Of a stretch of DNA of 64,000 nucleotides, positions 26,640 through 39,700 are shown piece after piece. The DNA is from Octopus vulgaris (lineage: Eukaryota), in the NCBI GenBank assembly GCA_951406725.2, contig OX597823.1, positions 58,404,001 to 58,468,000 of the forward strand, written 5' to 3'. Position numbers and translations under genes: made by a program. Numbering within the stretch: position 1 is the first letter of the stretch; each line of letters begins with the position of its first letter. The notes below the pieces were generated by a model, which worked only from the letters and a program-made list of their open reading frames with translations, did no database searches and had not been told where the DNA came from.

Positions 26640-27152
26640 AAGCAGTAGTACGAACATAAACCCGAAGGCATTATCGGAAATGATAATGCAAAGATCCTAA
26701 AGGATTTTATGATTCAGTGCGACAATGAGATAGAGGACAGGAATCCGGACATAGTGTTAATTGAGAAAGAAAGCAAACGGTGCTGGGTCATATATATATA
26801 TATAGCATGCCCAGCTGACAACAATGTATGCGATAAGGAAGAAAGAAAAGTTGATAGATATGACAGGTTAGCTTGGGAGGTTAAGCAGTTGTGCTTGCTG
26901 AAAAAGGCAGTAGTAGTACTAGTAATTGTCCGAGCGTTGGGAACAGTGAGTAAGAATCTTGAGAAGTACATGGAACAAGTAGGGGGCTGCAATAAGAGTG
27001 GAGCACTTGCAGAAAACAGCACTGCTTGGAATCGCTCGAATACTCCGGGTGGTGATCGAAGAATAAGGGGTGTTACCTTAGTTCACTGGTTGTGAACAGC
27101 TGACACCGTAGTGTAGTACATCTCCAGCGTTAGAAGCTGTGCAAAGACAATA

Positions 27153-27228
<76 letters not shown>
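26640..27228 (+). mobile_element. R4/Dong-like LINE 3' fragment (restriction-like endonuclease) with an (AAT)n tail
   Basis: YEHKPEGII.NDNAKIL..FMIQCDNEIEDRNPDIVLIEKESKRCWVI..IACPAD...KEERKVDRYDRLAWEVKQL...VIVRALGTVSKNL...LQKTALLG.ARILR, showing PD..D and KE..K..KY motifs. Confidence 0.88.
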
Positions 27229-27229
<1 letters not shown>

Positions 27230-27246
27230 TTCAGACAATAATAATA

Positions 27247-27318
27247 TTCAGACAAATACATAACAAAAACACCAGGACTTACAAACACATATAACATACA
27301 GAAAATTCACTACTAGGC

Positions 27319-27320
<2 letters not shown>
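27247..27320 (+). mobile_element. Short fragment of another R4/Dong-like element within (AAT)n
   Basis: Translates SDKYITKTPGLTNTYNIQKI..LG, like the IQK.ALLG ending of these elements; flanked by AAT repeats. Confidence 0.5.
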
Positions 27321-27375
<55 letters not shown>

Positions 27376-27750
27376 TTGTTTTGTTTTTTCTTAATTTATG
27401 AAAGACAGCATATATCTGGGTATAAAATTATGGAAAAGATAGCAATAGCAAATAGCAAGAGCAAAATTTATCATAAAACGAAATTACAATCAACGAACGA
27501 AAGTAATGACCAATGATTTGTGAATGGATTTAATAGGCGGAAAATGTGTGGAAGCTCGTCGTATATGTGTGGTGGTGGTGGGGGGGGATGAAGTAATAAT
27601 GATGATAATAATCCTTGGATGGAATTTATGAATATATTAATGCATCGCTACGCGCGTTTCCACAAATCATATGTCTCTTTATAGCATTGTCCGTATTCCT
27701 GAAATGATTACAGTATAATAGAATAATGTAGCCGGTAAAATTCCAAAACG

Positions 27751-27892
27751 TTTTTGTTTATAAGAATAATGTTGACAGTGACTTGAATGTTTCGGCCAAC
27801 ATAGACGTCATCAGATTTCGTCATCAACGTCCGATCAAGGTGAAGCAGGCTGAAACTTCGATGTCCCTGCCAACGCTATTCTTGTACAAGAA
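27751..27892. repeat. Imperfect inverted repeat enclosing two degenerate hammerhead-like cores
   Basis: aagaataatgttgacagtgacttgaatgtttcggcc versus ggctgaaacttcgatgtccctgccaacgctattctt. The minus strand contains CTGATGA...ggccGAAA. Confidence 0.55.
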
Positions 27893-28209
27893 TGATAATT
27901 ACGCTACAAAAATCATTCGATTTAATATTAAATTGTTTTTTTATATCTCGACATAAAATCAAATATTTATGTGTGTGTGTTTTTGTGTCAGCCTGTGTTG
28001 GCTTATTAACTTAGCAGTTCAACAAAAGACATCGCTAGAATGAGTGCTACACTTAAAAATACGTACTGTAATCGATCTGTTCGGTTACAACGTGTCAAGA
28101 TGCTGCTCCAGCATGGCCGTGGTAAAATAACTGAAATGAGAAAAAAATAAGAAAGTAAAGGAAAAGATCCTTCAAATGTTCCTCCGGAAAGCAGACAAGA
28201 AACAAAACA

Positions 28210-28412
28210 ATCCTTTCTACCATAGGCACAAAGCCTGGAATTTGAGGAGAGGGTATAGTCGATTACATCGACCCCAGTACTTACTGGTACTTAATTTATC
28301 GATCCCGAAGGGATGAAAAGCATTGTCGACCTCGGCGGAATTTGAACTCAGAACGTAAAGACGACGAAATACAACTAAACATTTCACCCGGCGTGCCAGC
28401 CCACCGCCTTCA
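28210..28412 (-). mobile_element. SINE family A
   Basis: Consensus match. Confidence 0.82.
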
Positions 28413-28545
28413 GAAACGAAATAATGGCAGCAACAAAAGCAACTATGATGGAAACGACATTGAACCTAAACGCAATTGCTAGAGATGATAGGTTGAAAAC
28501 CCTATCTATGGCTTGTATCAAGGAAATACTATATCTGGTAATGGT

Positions 28546-29032
28546 TGTGACCCCCTTCGGTCATGAAGGACCATGGGATTAGACCTAGAAAGTTACCCTC
28601 CGAGGCACAAGTCTAAGAAAGGTTGTTTATGGAAGACCAGCAGTCGCCCACGCATACCAGCCTCCCCTCTCCTCGCCACTGATGTTGTCCAAGGGAAAGG
28701 CAAAGGCCGTCGCAGCTCATTTATTAATATGCAGGTGGCTGAGCACTCCACAGACATGTGTGCCCTTAACGTAGTTCTCGGGGAGATTCAGTGTGACACA
28801 GAGTGTGACAAGTCTGGCCCTTTGAAATACAGGTACAACAGAAACAGGAAGAAAGAGTGAGAGAAAGTTGTAGTGAAAGAGTACAGCAGGGTTCATCACG
28901 ATCCCCTACCGGAGCTTCGTGGAGCTTTAGGTGTTTTCGCCCAATAAACACTCTCAATGCCCGGTCTGGGAATCGAAACCGCAATCCTACGACCGCGAGT
29001 CCGCTGCCCTAATTTGGCCATTGCGCCTCCAC
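28546..29032 (-). mobile_element. Modular SINE: H1 + middle M + T1
   Basis: TSD tctggt[a/g]atggt at 28534-28545 / 29033-29044. Modules are shared with the copies at 20594, 20919 and 41908. Confidence 0.88.
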
Positions 29033-29109
29033 TCTGGTGATGGTAAATACGAAATATTTATCCGTGTATGTCCGCCTGATTGAGAAAGAAAGTTGCATAT
29101 TAAAACATA

Positions 29110-29300
29110 TACAGGTGTTCAGGATAAATTTGACCGTTTGCATAAAAGGAAAACACTATACTCTACCCAAAATTAAAAGTATTTTTTTGAAAAATCAACT
29201 ATATTATGGCTACGAGATAATTGTTTACTGAAAGCAGCCATGCTCAGCTTCCATCACGTTCTCAAATGAGTTCACCAATACATCAAGCAGTTCTTGAAGA
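29110..29300 (-). mobile_element. Tc1/mariner 3' terminal remnant
   Basis: TA + 'caggtgttcaggataaattt' TIR-like end. Minus-strand peptide ENVMEAEHGCFQ* resembles the RLE.VI.A.GG..E C-terminus. Confidence 0.4.
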
Positions 29301-29548
29301 ACGGGGACATTAATTTAAAATTTAGCCCGAACACCCGTTATCGATATATATTGTATCTCTACACACACAAACACATACTAACACACACACATACACACAA
29401 CACATTTATACACATCTATACATATATATACATATATACGCATACACATATCTATCTATCTATATATATATATATATATATCTATGTTATTTATATATAA
29501 TGTATATATAGATATATATGTATATATGTATATATTGTATATATAATG

Positions 29549-29587
<39 letters not shown>

Positions 29588-29856
29588 CATATTTATACAC
29601 ACACACACATATAGATATATACATAATATACATACATAATGTATATGTATATATATGCAAGTGTATAGTTTTGGGTTTATGTCCTTGTTTGGTAACAGTT
29701 GGAGACCATCTTCTATTGCTGACTTTTGACAAACTTACTAACAGACGAGTGAAGCGTAATAATGTTCATATCATCAGTTTTCCTTTTATTTATAGTTTCT
29801 TGTGTTATTTACGAACACACACTCACACACACACACAAACACTTACACACACTCAT

Positions 29857-30115
29857 ACAAACAAACACGCCTGCATACGTATGTGTGTATACATATATAC
29901 GCATATACATATAGAGAGATATACACATTTGTGTATGTATATTTGTGTATGTATACACACGCGCGCGCGCACACACACACACACACACACTCATACATAC
30001 ATACATACATACAAACAACCACGCCTGCATACGTGTGCGTGTATACATATATACGCATATACATATAGAGAGATATACACATTTGCGTATGTATATTTGT
30101 GTATGTATACACACG
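29857..30115. repeat. Local tandem duplication (~105-bp block twice, period ~154)
   Basis: acaaacaa.cacgcctgcatacgt...atagagagatatacacattt...gtatacacacgc at 29857 and 30011. Confidence 0.85.
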
Positions 30116-30415
30116 CACACACACATACACACACACACACATACACACACACATACACACACGCACACACACACACACAGTGTCGCCTATCCAGTGCGTT
30201 CGGGATTAGTCGGTGTGAAATTCTAAAAATACTAATGAATGTGTCGAACCATACCATAGAAAGTAAATAATTCGGCCTCAAACAGATTTCTTTTAATGAT
30301 AAAAACAAAAAATGTTTTTCAAACTTATACTTAAATTGGATGCTGTATTTTGTTTCTGCTTGTTTTGTTGGGGTTTTTTCCCGGGTACGAAAAAATCTTC
30401 AGAAATGATAGCCAG

Positions 30416-30825
30416 TTAGACGCAGGAGTGGCTGTGTGGTAAGTAGCTAGCTTGCTTACCAACTACACATGGTTCCGGGTTCAATCCTACTGCGTGGTAC
30501 CTTGGGCAAATATGTCTTCTACTATAGCCTCGGGCCGACCAAAGCCTTGTGAGTGGATTTGGTAGACGGAAACTGAAAGAAGCCTCGAGTATATGTGTGT
30601 GTGTGTGTGTGTGTTTGTGTGTCTGTGTTTGTCTCCCCAACATCGCTTGACAACCGATGCTGGTATGTTTACGTCCCCGTAACTTAGGAGTTCAGAAAAA
30701 GGGACCGCTAGAATAAGTACTAGGCTTACAAAGAATAAGTCCTCGGCGGCTCGATTTGCTCGACTAAAGGCGGTGCTCCAGCATGGCCGCAGTCAAATGA
30801 TTGAAACAAGTAAAAGAGTAAAAAG
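30416..30825 (+). mobile_element. SINE family B, full length, with internal (TG)n
   Basis: Head 'gcaggagtggctgtgtggtaag...gggttcaatcct', 'ccttgggcaa' CORE-like motif, tail 'gaaacaagtaaaagagtaaaa'. Confidence 0.9.
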
Positions 30826-30916
30826 ACTAAAGTTGTTTCTTTTAAGAGTAACCATGACATGACGTTCCTGTCCTGCTCAAAAGGATCACTAAACGTAATT
30901 GAACATTATTAATATG

Positions 30917-31635
30917 AAGGCAGCGAACTGGCTGAATTGCTAGCACAACGGACAAAATACGTAGCGACATTTCGTACGTCTTTATGTCTTGGGTTCAAAT
31001 TCCGCCGCGGTCGACTTTGCCTTTTATCCTTTTGGGGTCGATAAAAAACGTACCAGCTGAACGTTGAGGTTGATATAATCGCCTTATCCCTTCCCCCGCA
31101 ATTGCTGGCCTTTGCCAAAATTTGAAACCCTTATTATGAAGGCGGCGAGCTGGCTGAATTACCAGCACAATGGACAAAATGGTTAGTGGTATTTCGTCTG
31201 TCTTTACGTTCTGAGTTCAAATTCCACTGAGGTCGACTTTGCCATTCGTCCCTTGGCGGTCGATAAAACAGTACGAGTCAAGTACTGCGGGGGAAAGGAG
31301 AAAGGTAAAGTTTCCTTCTCAAGTCATGCTGTCTAAGGACCAGCTTCATGGCGTATAAAATTCCCAGCCTGGACAGGACGCCAGTTCGTCACACGATTAC
31401 TCATTTTTGCCAGCTGAGTGGACTAGAGCAACGTGAAAGGAAGTGTTTTGCTCAAGAACACAAAGCGTTGCCTGGTCCAGGAATCGAAACCACAATCTTA
31501 CGGTCATGAGTTCAGCACCCTAAGCACTAAGCCATACGCATCCACAAGTATTGGTGTGTCTGTGTGTGTGAGGGGGGTATTTGACTAGCCCTCCTGCTCA
31601 AAATTTCAGCCCTTGTGTCTATGGTAGAAAGAATT
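30917..31635 (+). mobile_element. Two tandem SINE A copies; the second is interrupted by an antisense H2+T2 SINE (31290-31545)
   Basis: Two heads at 30917 and 31138. The inserted copy is flanked by caagta[c/t]tg, and the SINE A tail resumes after ~31550. Confidence 0.75.
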
Positions 31636-33067
31636 GTTACGAAGCAGAGCAAATATGTGTTGGGTTTGTTTGTTGTTATTCGTACAGTCAAAAAGGAAGA
31701 TAGAGGCCATATGCCTTCACAAAGCCTTTGACACTTCTGTCGCAGAAAAATAGGAGTTTTCTCAAAACGGATACCTAGCCCGAATGCTTGCAGTAGAAAG
31801 GACTCCGCTTAAGGCCCCTAAGGTACCAGATAGAGGTATTAAACCGGGCGGCGAATTAAATATACTATTTATGTAGGTCATGACAGAATTTGAACCCAGA
31901 GCGCAAAGAATCGAAACAGATACCTCAAGGTATCAGTCAAACGTTCTTATAGTTCTTCCAAATCACCATTTTGGATTGGTTCGTGTTTATCGACTCCAAA
32001 AGAATAAAAGGCAAGGTTGAACTCGGTGGCATTTAAAGCTCGATCACAAAGATTCGAACCAAATATCGTAGTGCAGTTATATCCGACGCTTTAATGACTC
32101 TGCCAGTTCATCTAATTAGTAGTGAAATGAATGGAGGTGTTCGTGGAGCTATATGTAAATTACATTTTTATACTTACGTCAATTTTAATTGGGCAGACCG
32201 TGATGATTCCGATATTTTAGTAAGTTTTTAGGTATACTGTATCATCATCATCATCATCACCATTTAACGTCCCTTTTTTCCCCATGCCGGGATCTAGTTT
32301 TATATCGTATAAAGTGTCCTCACTTTGAGGATATGGTTGGAGGAAGATGATTCTGTTGTTGTTTCTAGCAGACTGAATAACCGCGAATAGACACCATCTT
32401 TGGTTTGTCAATGGATTACTGACTAATTGGTAACAAAATATTTCAAAAAAGAGCGAAAGGAAAACTGCATGAAGTTTTTAGATCAAATAGGATAGTGCAT
32501 TGTACTAAGACAAATAAACTGAGACAGATACCAGCGACGATGTGCTGTATGTGTGTATGTGTGAGTTTATACATGTGTATGTGAGTGTATGCACATATGT
32601 ATAAAATTTAGGTGTAATCTATGTATCGTTGAGAAGTGTAAAATAGTGGCCAAATTGGGCAAAGTCTTCAAAAGAAACCCTTTTGACGTGTTTGCACAAG
32701 AGCAAATTCTGTCGTTCATTTTCAAATGTATTCCCGCACCGGTTTACTTTCAAAATACAAAGTTAATAAACTCCATCTCAGAACACATTTCAACAATATA
32801 TGGAGAAATATTCCGCCTTAGAGTGATCTTTCATTGAAATCACAACATCAGCACCACATATAAAGCGGGTTCTGTTTCCTTTAGAGGAATTCTTTCATCA
32901 ACCCCTATTCACTACACTACAAAAGAATCAAATGGCCTAACATAACGAATGAAATGATTGTATTCTAATATCGACTTGAAAAATGTTCATCGTCTCAGAA
33001 ATTACCATATCTGAAGAATTAATTGTCAACATTAGGAACTCCGAGTAGTGATACAGAAGTACATCAG

Positions 33068-33299
33068 CTCTTTTACTCTTTTACTCTTTTATCTTTTACT
33101 TGTTTCAGCCATTTGACTGCGGCCATACTGGAGTACCACCTTTAGTCGAGCAAATTGACCCCAGGACTTATTCTTTAGAAGCCTAGTACTTATTCTATCA
33201 CTTTTGCCGAACCGCTAAGTTATGGGGGCGTAAACACACAACCATCGGTTGTCAAGCGATGTTGGGGGGGACAAACTCAGACACACAAACATACACTCA

Positions 33300-33365
<66 letters not shown>

Positions 33366-33530
33366 CGACGGGCTTCTTTCAGTTTCCATCTACCAAATCC
33401 ACTCACAAGGCTTTGGTCGGCCCGGGGCTATAATAGAAGACACTTGCCCAAGATGCCACACAGTGGGATTGAACTTGGAACCATGTGGTTAATAAGCAAG
33501 CTACTTGCCACACAGCCACTACTGCGCCTG
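33068..33530 (-). mobile_element. SINE family B, full length, with expanded internal (CA)n(TA)n
   Basis: Consensus match end to end. Confidence 0.9.
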
Positions 33531-34039
33531 TACAATAAATAACAGTGTGTAACAAAATTTTTATTTTATTTTCGTCTTCGGTCAATAAGTGTTATTTTCT
33601 ATTTGCTTCTTTCCAAGCCAAGGAAATAACTAGTATTCCCTTAAAACTTCAATTTTGTGACCTGGACATCAATATTTTGAAACTGACCTCCATTACATTT
33701 CAGACAGATTCAACGCTGATTTGCTGAAGCAGAAATATCGTCATAGCAAATATTCTACTCAATATCACTGATTTGATTGTCGGTTGTTTGACATCGACCC
33801 CACTGTTTTACTGGTACTTAATTTGTCAACCCCCGAAAGGATGAAAGGCGAAGTCGACCCTGGCGGAATTTGAACCCAGAACGTGAAGACGAGAGAAATA
33901 CTGCTAAGCGTTTTGCCCTGTATGCTAACGATTCCGCCAGTTCAGTATTAGTAGGATATTAAATTTGCTATTAACATAAAGAAATGTTTATTAAAGCTGC
34001 CCCACTCAATAACAAATCCTTAGCAAGAATTGGTTCCAG

Positions 34040-34220
34040 ACACAAACCGAAGTGCACGGAACAGAATGCAATAAAGAACATAGAAACAGGAAGATGATAT
34101 GGTATAACCCTCCATGTAGAAAAAGAATATCCACAGAAATATCAAAGAACATTTCATTTTTGTATTTCTTTCGCAAGATTCTTCAAAGATTCTATAAAAA
34201 GAATTATAGTTGTCTAGATA
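34040..34220 (+). mobile_element. Penelope-like element ORF fragment (RT-to-endonuclease linker)
   Basis: RNRKMIWYNPPCRKRISTEISKNI matches the R.R.IIWFNPP....V.T.IG motif of PLE ORFs. Confidence 0.65.
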
Positions 34221-34288
34221 GTTTCGGCACACTTTCATGCACATATATCAATATATACACACACTAAGATTTACACGTATATTTACAC

Positions 34289-34369
<81 letters not shown>

Positions 34370-34487
34370 TATGTATGTATAGCGACTTATAAATAGGAAA
34401 TACGCAGATATGTATGTATATAATACATTTGTCTAACTGTGTTTGTTGCATGTGTGTGTGCGTGCGCGTATACATACATATATGTGT

Positions 34488-34519
<32 letters not shown>

Positions 34520-34611
34520 ATATCTATGTTTTATCTGCCTATCTATCTATATCTAGCTATCTATCTAGCTATTTATCTATATGTGTATACGTACATACCT
34601 ACCTTCATGCA

Positions 34612-34647
<36 letters not shown>

Positions 34648-35579
34648 TATGTATGTATGCATGTGTGCATTTATGCATGCGTGTATATATACTCATAGAT
34701 ATAAATAATATGCATATGTAAATTTATTTGTATATGTGTGCGTGTGTAAGTATATATATATATGTGTGTGTGTGTATGTGTGTGTGTATGTGTGTGCGCG
34801 CACGCCTGTATATATATATATATATGTGCGTGCGTGTGTGTGTACATATATACAAAGCAATTTTATGATTCTTTTCTTTTCTTTTTTGCTGTGAGGAGAA
34901 CGATAAAGAAAAATGAGCTAGAGAGACAGGAAGAGATTTTATGTATACGTATATATGCTGCATACTTTTGCAAGTATCTACATAAGGAATACACTGATTA
35001 AACTAGCTGCATCATGCACAAGCCAAAATAATAATAATAATAATAATAATAATAAACAAGCAAACAAATAAATTGGATTAATAAATATGTAGATAAAACG
35101 CAAGCTTCGATGACGTTTATTGCATTGTATTAAGAACTAATGGTTATTTGATGATACAGTTATTGGTATGACCAGATGGGCTTAAGGAGTATGCATTATA
35201 TACAAACACGTAAAAGACATCTCGATTCCACGTCGCTATTTATCTCTATCGGAAATAAAATTGCAAATAAACAAATGAATAGATAAATGGAATCCCTTCA
35301 AAGTACCTTAAAAACTGCAAAGATTAATAGCAGTTGTTTTTGTTGTTGTTGTTTAAGAGCCACAAGACACGTTTAATGATGGAAAGTATTCAATGCTGCG
35401 AGTCGAGGCAATTACATTGTAAAATTCGAGCTCACTGCAGCTTTACTTGTTGTATTCACCTAAACTTCCAAACGACCTTGGCTTTAATGTTCCCAAAAGG
35501 CAGTAACGGTTGGAGAAAAAGAATCCTACAAGCATTGTAGTGCCGCCAAACGGGATCTGAGATCCATGCGGAGCAATGA

Positions 35580-36245
35580 AACTCTACATAGTGTTGAAAT
35601 TGCCAAGAAGGCTGAGGGTTTTCTTGGCATCACTTACCAAGTCCTTTGTGAGCCGTTCTCCGGCTATCTATCTGAGGCTTTATATAGCTATGGAAACCCT
35701 ATCTTGCCCAGGATATTAATCGTCTGGAAACCGTTCAGCGACGTGCAACCAAGAGAATACTCTCCATCAGGCATTTGCCATATTCTGAACGCCTTACTTC
35801 CCTGGACATGGATACATTGAAACTCCGACGTCTGGCAGCTGACTTGGCAGACACCCAAATTATTAACCATCTTACAAACAATAACTCTGAGCACCTTTTC
35901 AAACTCCACCTGTCTAACACCCGTGGACATGTTTGTAAAGGCAGAAAACAGCACAGCTCCCATGACTTTAGAAACATTTTTTCACGCTAAGAGTTGCTGA
36001 AACATTGAACAAACTGCCGGCATCAGTTGTTAGTTGTCGGAGCACTGCATCCTTCAAAACTTCCATGCTTCCAGAGATTCGCCAACACTACACCTGATTT
36101 TCTCCCCTCCATACACACGCAAGCATGTATCTGACTCATGCACTGTTCACTTCCCAGACATTTGTACATTACTGCATATGCTTTATACGCACTTTTGACA
36201 AGTTGTGGTGCACCTGAGCACTGTATACAATAATTTCATTATTAA

Positions 36246-36278
<33 letters not shown>
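35580..36278 (+). mobile_element. CR1-clade LINE 3' fragment with an (ATT)n tail
   Basis: IAKKAEG...; PYSERLTSLDMDTLKLRRLAADL...SNTRGH..K...HFFTLRVAETLNKLPASVV..S..SFK is the typical CR1 RT C-terminus. Frameshifted. Confidence 0.88.
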
Positions 36279-36279
<1 letters not shown>

Positions 36280-36535
36280 GTACACACATGCACTGTCCGA
36301 GCATTGCTGGCTTTTGGACTTTTTTTAATACAGGCTGAAGGCTTGAATTTATTTATTTATTTATTTATCTATTTATTTCTTTTTTGTGGGTTGGGGTTTG
36401 TCGATTACATCGACGCCAACATTGATGCCCGAAAGGACGAAAGGCATAGTTGGCGTGGACAACAGCATTTGAACTCAGAATATAAAGCCAGTTAAAATGC
36501 TGCTTAAGCATTTTGTCCGGCGTGCTAACAATTCT

Positions 36536-37319
36536 TATTTCTTTATTGCCCACAAGGGGCTACACGGAGAGGATACACAAGGACAGACAAACGGATTAAG
36601 TCGATTATATCGACCCCAGTACGTAACTGGGACTATTTAATCGACCCCGAAAGGATGAAAGGCAAAGTCGACCTCGGCGGAATTTGAACTCAGAACGTAG
36701 CGACAGAAGAAATATCTATTTCTTTACTACACACAAGGGGCTAAACACAGAGAGGACAAACAAGGACAGACACACAGATTAAATCGATTACATCGACCCC
36801 AGTGCGTAATAGGTACTTAATTTATCGACCCCAAAAGGATGAAAAGCAAAGTCGACCTCGGCGGAATTTGAACTCAGAACGTAGCGCACAAACGAAATAC
36901 CTATTTCTTTACTACCCACAAGGGGCTAAACATAGAGGGGATAAACAAGTACAGACAAACGGATTAAGTCGATTACATCGACCCCAGTGCGTAACTGGTA
37001 CTTAATTTATCGACCCCAAAAGGATGAAAAGCAAAGTCGACCTCGGCGGAATTTGAACTCAGAACGTAGCGCACAAACGAAATACCTATTTCTTTACTAC
37101 CCACAAGGGCTAAACATAGAGGGGACAAACAAGTACAGACAAACGGATTAAGTCGATTACATCGACCCCAGTGCGTAACTGGTACTTAATTTATCGACCC
37201 CGAAAGAATGAAAGGCAAAGTCGACCTCGGCGGAATTTGAACTCAGAACGTAGCGGCAAACGAAATACTGCTAAGCATTTTGCCCGGCGTGCTAACGTTT
37301 CTGCCAGCTCGCCGCCTTC
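36536..37319 (-). mobile_element. SINE family A tandem array: one full copy plus three ~185-bp headless units
   Basis: The junction motif gaaata recurs at 36709, 36894, 37079 and 37262 (spacing 185, 185, 183). Confidence 0.92.
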
Positions 37320-37518
37320 AGCGTGCTAACAATTCTACCAGTTCGCTACCTTCTGCTGAGTGGAGAACAAATCCAGCTACCAGACGGTGTGCAAATACTA
37401 ACGAATCCATTGTAGGGAACATTTCACCGCCCACCTTCAACAAAGCGGGGCAAGTAGTGATTCTGTGCCCCTGTAGGGTGTCTATGGTGAAAGCAGTTGT
37501 ATGGTGGGTGAGATTGAA

Positions 37519-37821
37519 AGGCGGCGAGCTGGCAGAAACGTTAGCACGCCGGGCGAAATGCGTAGCCGTATTTCGTCTGCCGTTACGTTCTGAGTTCAAA
37601 TTCCGCCGAGGTCGACTTCGCCTTTCATCCTTTCGGGGTCGATAAATTAAGTACCAGTTACGCACTGGGGTCGATATAATCGACTTAATCCGTTTGTCTG
37701 TCCTTGTTTGTCCTCTCTGTGTTAAGCCCCTTGTGGGTAGTAAAGAAATAGATATTTCGTCTGCCACTAGGTTCTGAGTTCAAATTCTGCCGAGCTCCTT
37801 GTGGGCAGTAAAGAAATAGGA
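37519..37821 (+). mobile_element. SINE family A, full length plus a partial second unit, TSD-flanked
   Basis: TSD tgagattgaa at 37509-37518 / 37822-37831. Confidence 0.92.
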
Positions 37822-38294
37822 TGAGATTGAATGGGTTGAAAGCGGACATCTTCCTCTTCGATCAAGCCCTCAATAACGTTTTCAAATTCCATTTTCAAAA
37901 GCCGAGTAAGAGTGGAAACTCAGTGCACTTCCCCAATGAATTTGTCAAAAGGTCAGTGATAACAGTGGCTAAAGCGGTTAGGACGATTGAAACTACTCTT
38001 GTAGATTGGAGAAAAATAGTTGGATTAGAACCCGTGCCCTTGATCATCAGGGTGAACCTCCATCAGTGAGCTTCCTTGATTGACCCAAGTTATATGCTCT
38101 CCTGGATGTTGAGACGAATTGCAGCATTCATGTTTTTACTATGTACATACACTCCTTATTCCCCACTTCCCCTCCTTTTTCCCTCCCCATTTTTTACGTA
38201 AAAACCCACATGAAAATTGTAACTTGCACTTATAATGCACCCCTCATCATACGACTTTTTGGCAAATGAAAGAAATTATCACCAGTATCATCAT

Positions 38295-38443
38295 CCTCAG
38301 TAGTAGTAGTAGTAGTAGTTGTAGCAGTAGCAGCAGCAGCAACAACAACAGTAGTAGTAGTAGTAGTAGTAGTAGTTGTAGCAATAGCAGCAGCAAACAA
38401 CAATAGTAGTAGTAGTAGTTGTAGCAGCAGCAACAACAACAAC

Positions 38444-38490
<47 letters not shown>

Positions 38491-38516
38491 CAGCAGCAGC
38501 AGCAGAAATAGTAATG

Positions 38517-38590
<74 letters not shown>
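38295..38590. repeat. (TAG)n/(CAG)n/(CAA)n compound microsatellite
   Basis: Direct reading. Confidence 0.95.
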
Positions 38591-38597
38591 TTAAAAA

Positions 38598-38845
38598 TGC
38601 ACCCTTTTAAAGCCAAGCTAGGCTCATGGGCCCGGTTTCCCGGTTTCAATGGCGTATATGTTCCCCAGCTTGACGGGACGCCAGTCCATCGCAGCGTTAC
38701 TTATTTTTGACAGCTGAATGGACTGGAGCAACGTGAAATGAAGTGTTTTGCTCAAGAACACAACGCGTCACCCCGTCCAGGAATCGAAACCACAATGTTA
38801 CGATCATAATGCTGACACCCTAACCACTAAGCCACGCGCCTCCAC
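38598..38845 (-). mobile_element. Modular SINE: H2 + T2
   Basis: Tail is homologous to 20600-20710 and head to 20919-21055; it sits inside an (AGT)n run. Confidence 0.85.
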
Positions 38846-39326
38846 TAGTAATAGTAGTAGCAGTGGGAAATTATTTTCCTTTTGTTTTTGTTTTTTTTAC
38901 CCAGTAACATTTAACCTCAGCGTTCTTAAACCACGAACCTTTTGTACTTTTCAACACTCTTATGTCTTTATGACACTTCAGCACCTTTGCCAGTTGACAC
39001 CTCATGGATCCTAGTCAAACAGTTTATCACTTCTCCAAACTTTGTACCATTTTCGTTTTCTTCATTTTCTGTCTTTTTTTTTTTTCATCATTTTTCTCTT
39101 TTTTATCTCTGTTTTTTTTTTTTTCTTTATGTAGCTAGAAACTTTAGTTTTATTTTATCGCCTTCTCGCATTTTTCTCATTGTCGTTCATTCATTCTTCA
39201 CTGTAAATGTTTTTAAAGCTTCTTTTTTTCTTTTTTCTTTTTTCTTTTTTGCTTACTATGACAGAAAGTGATTATTACCGTATGTTCCGGCATATAAGTC
39301 GAAGTTTTCAAGCTAAAATTTACGGG

Positions 39327-39700
39327 TTCAGGAGTGGCTGTGTAGTAAAAAGCTTGCTTCCCAACCACATGGTTCTGGGTTCAGTCCCACTGCATGACAT
39401 CGTAGATAAATGTCTTTTACTATAGCCTCAGAACGACCAAAGCTTTGAGTGGATTTGGTAGACTTAAACTGAAAGTCTGTCGTATATATGTGTATGCGTG
39501 TGTGTGTCTGTGTTTGTCTCCATCGCAACCGGTGCAGGTGTATTCACGTCCGCGTAACATAGCGGTTCGGCAAAACAGAACGATAATATAAGTACTAGGC
39601 TTAAATAAGTCCTGGGGTCGATTCTTTTGGTTAAAAATTCAAGGCAGTGTCCCAGCATGACCGCAGTCTAACGACTGTAACAGGTAAAGAAATAAAGCAA
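39327..39700 (+). mobile_element. SINE family B
   Basis: Consensus match. Confidence 0.85.

Noticed and set aside
36536-37319. Regularly spaced repeats as a CRISPR-like array or hammerhead retrozyme array
   Set aside because: Units are contiguous SINE bodies with no unique spacers, no cas genes and no CUGANGA/GAAA core.
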